Source: an uncultured virus (IMG/VR IMGVR_UViG_3300019378_000034) (Duplodnaviria; Heunggongvirae; Uroviricota; Caudoviricetes). From it: a stretch of DNA of 20,000 nucleotides. Position 1 is the stretch's first letter. Every line of letters begins with the position of its first letter. A program made the translations under genes and the position numbers. The stretch lies in the IMG/VR virus record IMGVR_UViG_3300019378_000034; one strand, given 5' to 3'. Shown here piece by piece: positions 17,418 to 20,000 of this stretch. The notes under the pieces are model-generated. The model did no database searches, was not told the DNA's origin, and saw nothing but the letters and a program-made list of their open reading frames with translations.

Positions 17418-17672
17418 TCAGTCCTCAGAGGGAACAAAGGTCTTGCCGGCTTCGGTCAGAACAACATAGGTGATGTCCTTTGCATCCTCGCCTTCACCCT
17501 TAACCTTCTCACGCATAGCCAGGCCCTTCTTCTCAGAGCACAGGTCGGTAACGTTAGCGTTAACAGAACGAGGGGTACGGTTCAGACCAGCAGCCAGTTC
17601 CTCGATGGAAACACGACCACCGTTCTCCTTGATGTAATTGTAGACTTCCATAGACTTTTCAGTTAGCTTCAT
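17418..17672 (-). CDS. Small winged helix-turn-helix DNA-binding protein, 84 aa
   Basis: VYNYIKE..VSIEELAAGL..TPRSVNANVTDL..KGL..VVLTEAGK follows the wHTH/MarR-like pattern. AAGGAG SD and its own promoter. Confidence 0.75.
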   Translation of the reverse strand: MKLTEKSMEVYNYIKENGGRVSIEELAAGLNRTPRSVNANVTDLCSEKKGLAMREKVKGEGEDAKDITYVVLTEAGKTFVPSED

Positions 17673-17753
17673 TGTGATTTTCTCCTTGTCAATTCGACTT
17701 TTTGTTTTGTTTTAATTTATTTAGAAGCGAGTTATCTCTCACTTTCTATAAAT

Positions 17754-17782
17754 ATTATACCAGAAAATCTTTTTATTTTCAA
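17754..17782 (-). promoter_or_regulatory. sigma70/sigmaA-type promoter with extended -10
   Basis: TTGAAA(17782-17777)-17 nt-TATAAT(17759-17754). Confidence 0.82.
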
Positions 17783-17793
17783 ATTTTCTGAGC

Positions 17794-17870
17794 CAATAAT
17801 TTTGAGAAAGAAAATTTACTAGGCCGTTCAATCATAGAGGAGGTTCAACTTTCTTTCTCTCAATCATTGT
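17794..17870 (-). ncRNA. Candidate ~77-nt hairpin RNA or structured leader with anti-SD-like loop
   Basis: Starts about 7 nt after a -10 box. The ends pair (CAATGATT..GAGAAAGAAAG with TTTTCTTTCTC..AATTATTG) and the loop contains ACCTCCTCT. Confidence 0.5.
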
Positions 17871-17876
17871 ATATAT

Positions 17877-17905
17877 ATTATATCAGAAAATTTATAGATT
17901 TTCAA
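17877..17905 (-). promoter_or_regulatory. sigma70/sigmaA-type promoter with extended -10
   Basis: TTGAAA(17905-17900)-17 nt-TATAAT(17882-17877). Confidence 0.82.
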
Positions 17906-17908
17906 ATT

Positions 17909-20000
17909 TTAATAAAGCGAAATTCCAATAATTTTATCTGTTTCGGAAATTTTGATTGCTTTCGCGCCCTGTGTTACACGGCTTAAAGTGGGAACATCAT
18001 TGATAGACAATTTAATACAGGATTTACTAGATGCAACTAGAATTTCTGTTTCTGCACCAAGAGATACAAAATCTGCCATAAAATCCTTACCGGTTAATTT
18101 GTGAATCTTTGCTCCCTTAGTATTTTTACCTTGTACAGTGAATTCACTAATAGGAGTTTTCTTAAACAGACCAGAGGAAGTAACGGAAATGATATACTGA
18201 GCATCAGGTTTAATAGGATAAGCACAACATACAGCATCTCCATCATTTAACTTAATTCCACGAATACCCTTAGCAATACGTCCAATAGGACGAATGTCTT
18301 TTGTAGTAATACGAATGAAATTACCGAATTCTGTCATGATACCAACATCTTCGTTATCAATGAACAAAATAGAAGCAATTTCATCGTTGCTATCTAGGTT
18401 AATTGCCTTTAGACTACCAGAGCGTTTTAAGTTGTATTCAGACAATTCAGATTTCTTTACAAATCCATTTTTGGTGAAGAATACAATATTCTTTTCTGCT
18501 TTTCTCTTGTTAAAGGAAGAAATAGCAACGATTCTTTCCCCTCCAGATAGGCCGAATAGAGATTCAATAGCAACTCTTTCTCCCACAGGTAGAGCGGCCG
18601 CTGGGTAGTGGTAGAAGTCTCCACTGTGAGTGAAGAAAGCAATTTCTTCATTAGATTCAATTTGTTCTGAGTGGATAACATATTCGCCGGCTTCCAGCTT
18701 TGCTTTACTTCCAACTCCACCGCGCTTTTGCTTATAAAGAGTGGAAACCTCTGATAAGTAAAGATTATTTCGATTCGTCATAGAAATTTGGAGCGAACGA
18801 ATTTCAGTTGGCTCTTCATCTTCTTTTGCAATGTTAATAATCTTCGTTCTACGAGCATCACCAAATTTATCAGCTACTTCACGCCATCCCTTTTTGATTT
18901 CTTCTTTGAAAAGTTCCTCATTATTAAGAATCTTTTCAATGGCTTCTGCTTTAGCTACTAATTCAGTTCTTTCATTTTCCAGCTTCTTAACTTCAAGATG
19001 AGCCAAACGACTTAACTTCATATCAAGAACTGCTTTGGCTTGTACTTCATCAAGCAAGAAGTTAGCCTGCAATGCGGTTGATGCGGCCGCAGTAGAAGCA
19101 GAATTACGAATAGTTTGAACAACTTCTTCGATTCGTGCCATACAAATCAGTAAGCCGTCAATGATATGAATACGACTTTTAATCTTGTTTAAATCAAATT
19201 CAAAGGCTCTGCGATATACTACTCTCTCATGGTCAATATGCGCCTGAAGCATTTCTTTCCAGCCGAAGACACGAGGAAAGCGACCATTATCTAGCATAGT
19301 AAAGTTAATACCATAATGATACTGCAAGAAAGTATTCTTATACAAATACTTCAATACCTTATCGGGATTGGCTTTCTTTGCTAAGTAAATTTTAATCAGC
19401 GGAGTGGAACCGGTAAGGTCATTAAATCTTTCAATACCAGGATTATCCTCACCATTTACTATTTCCTCAAGCTGGCCGCAAATAGTGTTAGTATAAACGC
19501 CATAGGGAATTTCAGTTACTACAAAGCATCTTTCCTTGGAATCAAATTCAACAACACTTCTTAACTTACAAGCAAAGCCAGTGCCTTTTTTCATAGATTC
19601 CTTTACATCAGATTCATTATATAAGATGGCGCCGGTAGCAAAGTCCGGAGCGCAATAGATTTCATCAAAATCACAATCTGGATTATCAATAAGATGAATA
19701 AGAGCGTTGTTTAGCTCTTTAATATTGTACTGAGGGACAGAACAAGCCATACCAATACCAATACCACTGGTACCATTTACAAGATTGTAAAATCCCTTTG
19801 TAGGAAGCACTCCAGGATATTGCTCATTGTCAGCATAGTTATCACGCCAATCATCAATAGTATTTTTATCAATATCAGCAAATAAAAATTTTGCCAACTT
19901 AGACAGACGAGCCTTGGTATATCTTTCTGCTGCCCAGTTTCCAGAGGAAAGTAGGGTACCAGCATTACCTCTTACTTCAACAAGAGGATAGCGCATAGCA
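17909..20000 (-). CDS. gyrA: DNA gyrase/topoisomerase IV subunit A (5'-truncated by the window)
   Basis: Catalytic AAERYT (Tyr at 19919-19921), LVNGTSGIGIGMA, PDFATG, VTEIPY, QAKAVLDMKL, GyrA-box-like QKRGGVG and beta-pinwheel repeats (GRIAKGIRGI, QGKNTKG, SRVTQG). Confidence 0.88.
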   Translation of the reverse strand, partial: AMRYPLVEVRGNAGTLLSSGNWAAERYTKARLSKLAKFLFADIDKNTIDDWRDNYADNEQYPGVLPTKGFYNLVNGTSGIGIGMACSVPQYNIKELNNALIHLIDNPDCDFDEIYCAPDFATGAILYNESDVKESMKKGTGFACKLRSVVEFDSKERCFVVTEIPYGVYTNTICGQLEEIVNGEDNPGIERFNDLTGSTPLIKIYLAKKANPDKVLKYLYKNTFLQYHYGINFTMLDNGRFPRVFGWKEMLQAHIDHERVVYRRAFEFDLNKIKSRIHIIDGLLICMARIEEVVQTIRNSASTAAASTALQANFLLDEVQAKAVLDMKLSRLAHLEVKKLENERTELVAKAEAIEKILNNEELFKEEIKKGWREVADKFGDARRTKIINIAKEDEEPTEIRSLQISMTNRNNLYLSEVSTLYKQKRGGVGSKAKLEAGEYVIHSEQIESNEEIAFFTHSGDFYHYPAAALPVGERVAIESLFGLSGGERIVAISSFNKRKAEKNIVFFTKNGFVKKSELSEYNLKRSGSLKAINLDSNDEIASILFIDNEDVGIMTEFGNFIRITTKDIRPIGRIAKGIRGIKLNDGDAVCCAYPIKPDAQYIISVTSSGLFKKTPISEFTVQGKNTKGAKIHKLTGKDFMADFVSLGAETEILVASSKSCIKLSINDVPTLSRVTQGAKAIKISETDKIIGISLY

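Noticed and set aside
16536..17666. Plus-strand ORFs of 263 aa and 105 aa
   Set aside because: Antisense shadows of codon-biased minus-strand genes with no recognisable motifs.
17779..17867. Two coupled mini-ORFs, MIERKKVEPPL and MIERPSKFSFSKLLAQKI, between the tandem promoters
   Set aside because: No SD and very short. The repeated ATGATTGA is notable, but the hairpin RNA explains the region better. Leaderless translation is not excluded.
1581..17910. Dispersed AT-rich repeats as CRISPR repeats or iterons
   Set aside because: They are single intergenic copies matching -35/17 nt/-10 promoter geometry, with no array structure.
286..19965. Other short overlapping track ORFs (e.g. 286..696, 6279..6575, 7123..7347, 13996..14316, 18294..18608)
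   Set aside because: Nested in or antisense to well-supported genes, with no independent evidence.

Overview
All genes lie on the minus strand and are tightly packed, forming the DNA replication and nucleotide metabolism module of what looks like a large phage. The host is probably an anaerobic Bacillota-type gut bacterium, inferred from the class III RNR, extended -10 sigmaA promoters and strong SD sequences. Gene order in transcription direction: gyrA-like (partial), candidate hairpin sRNA, wHTH protein, SSB-like protein, Sak4-like AAA ATPase, Zn-finger protein, DnaB-like helicase, primase, RecJ-like DHH exonuclease, two small ORFs, DnaE, degenerate radical-SAM-like protein, small Cys/His protein, nrdD, nrdG, hypothetical, ThyX-like protein, hypotheticals. 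The main hidden signal is amber (TAG) recoding, most likely TAG=Gln (genetic code 15). Four genes carry one in-frame TAG that splits or hides them in the standard-code ORF track, and no gene called here ends in TAG. Other signals are five similar extended promoters, a promoter-driven hairpin RNA with an anti-SD loop, and divergent enzyme homologs.
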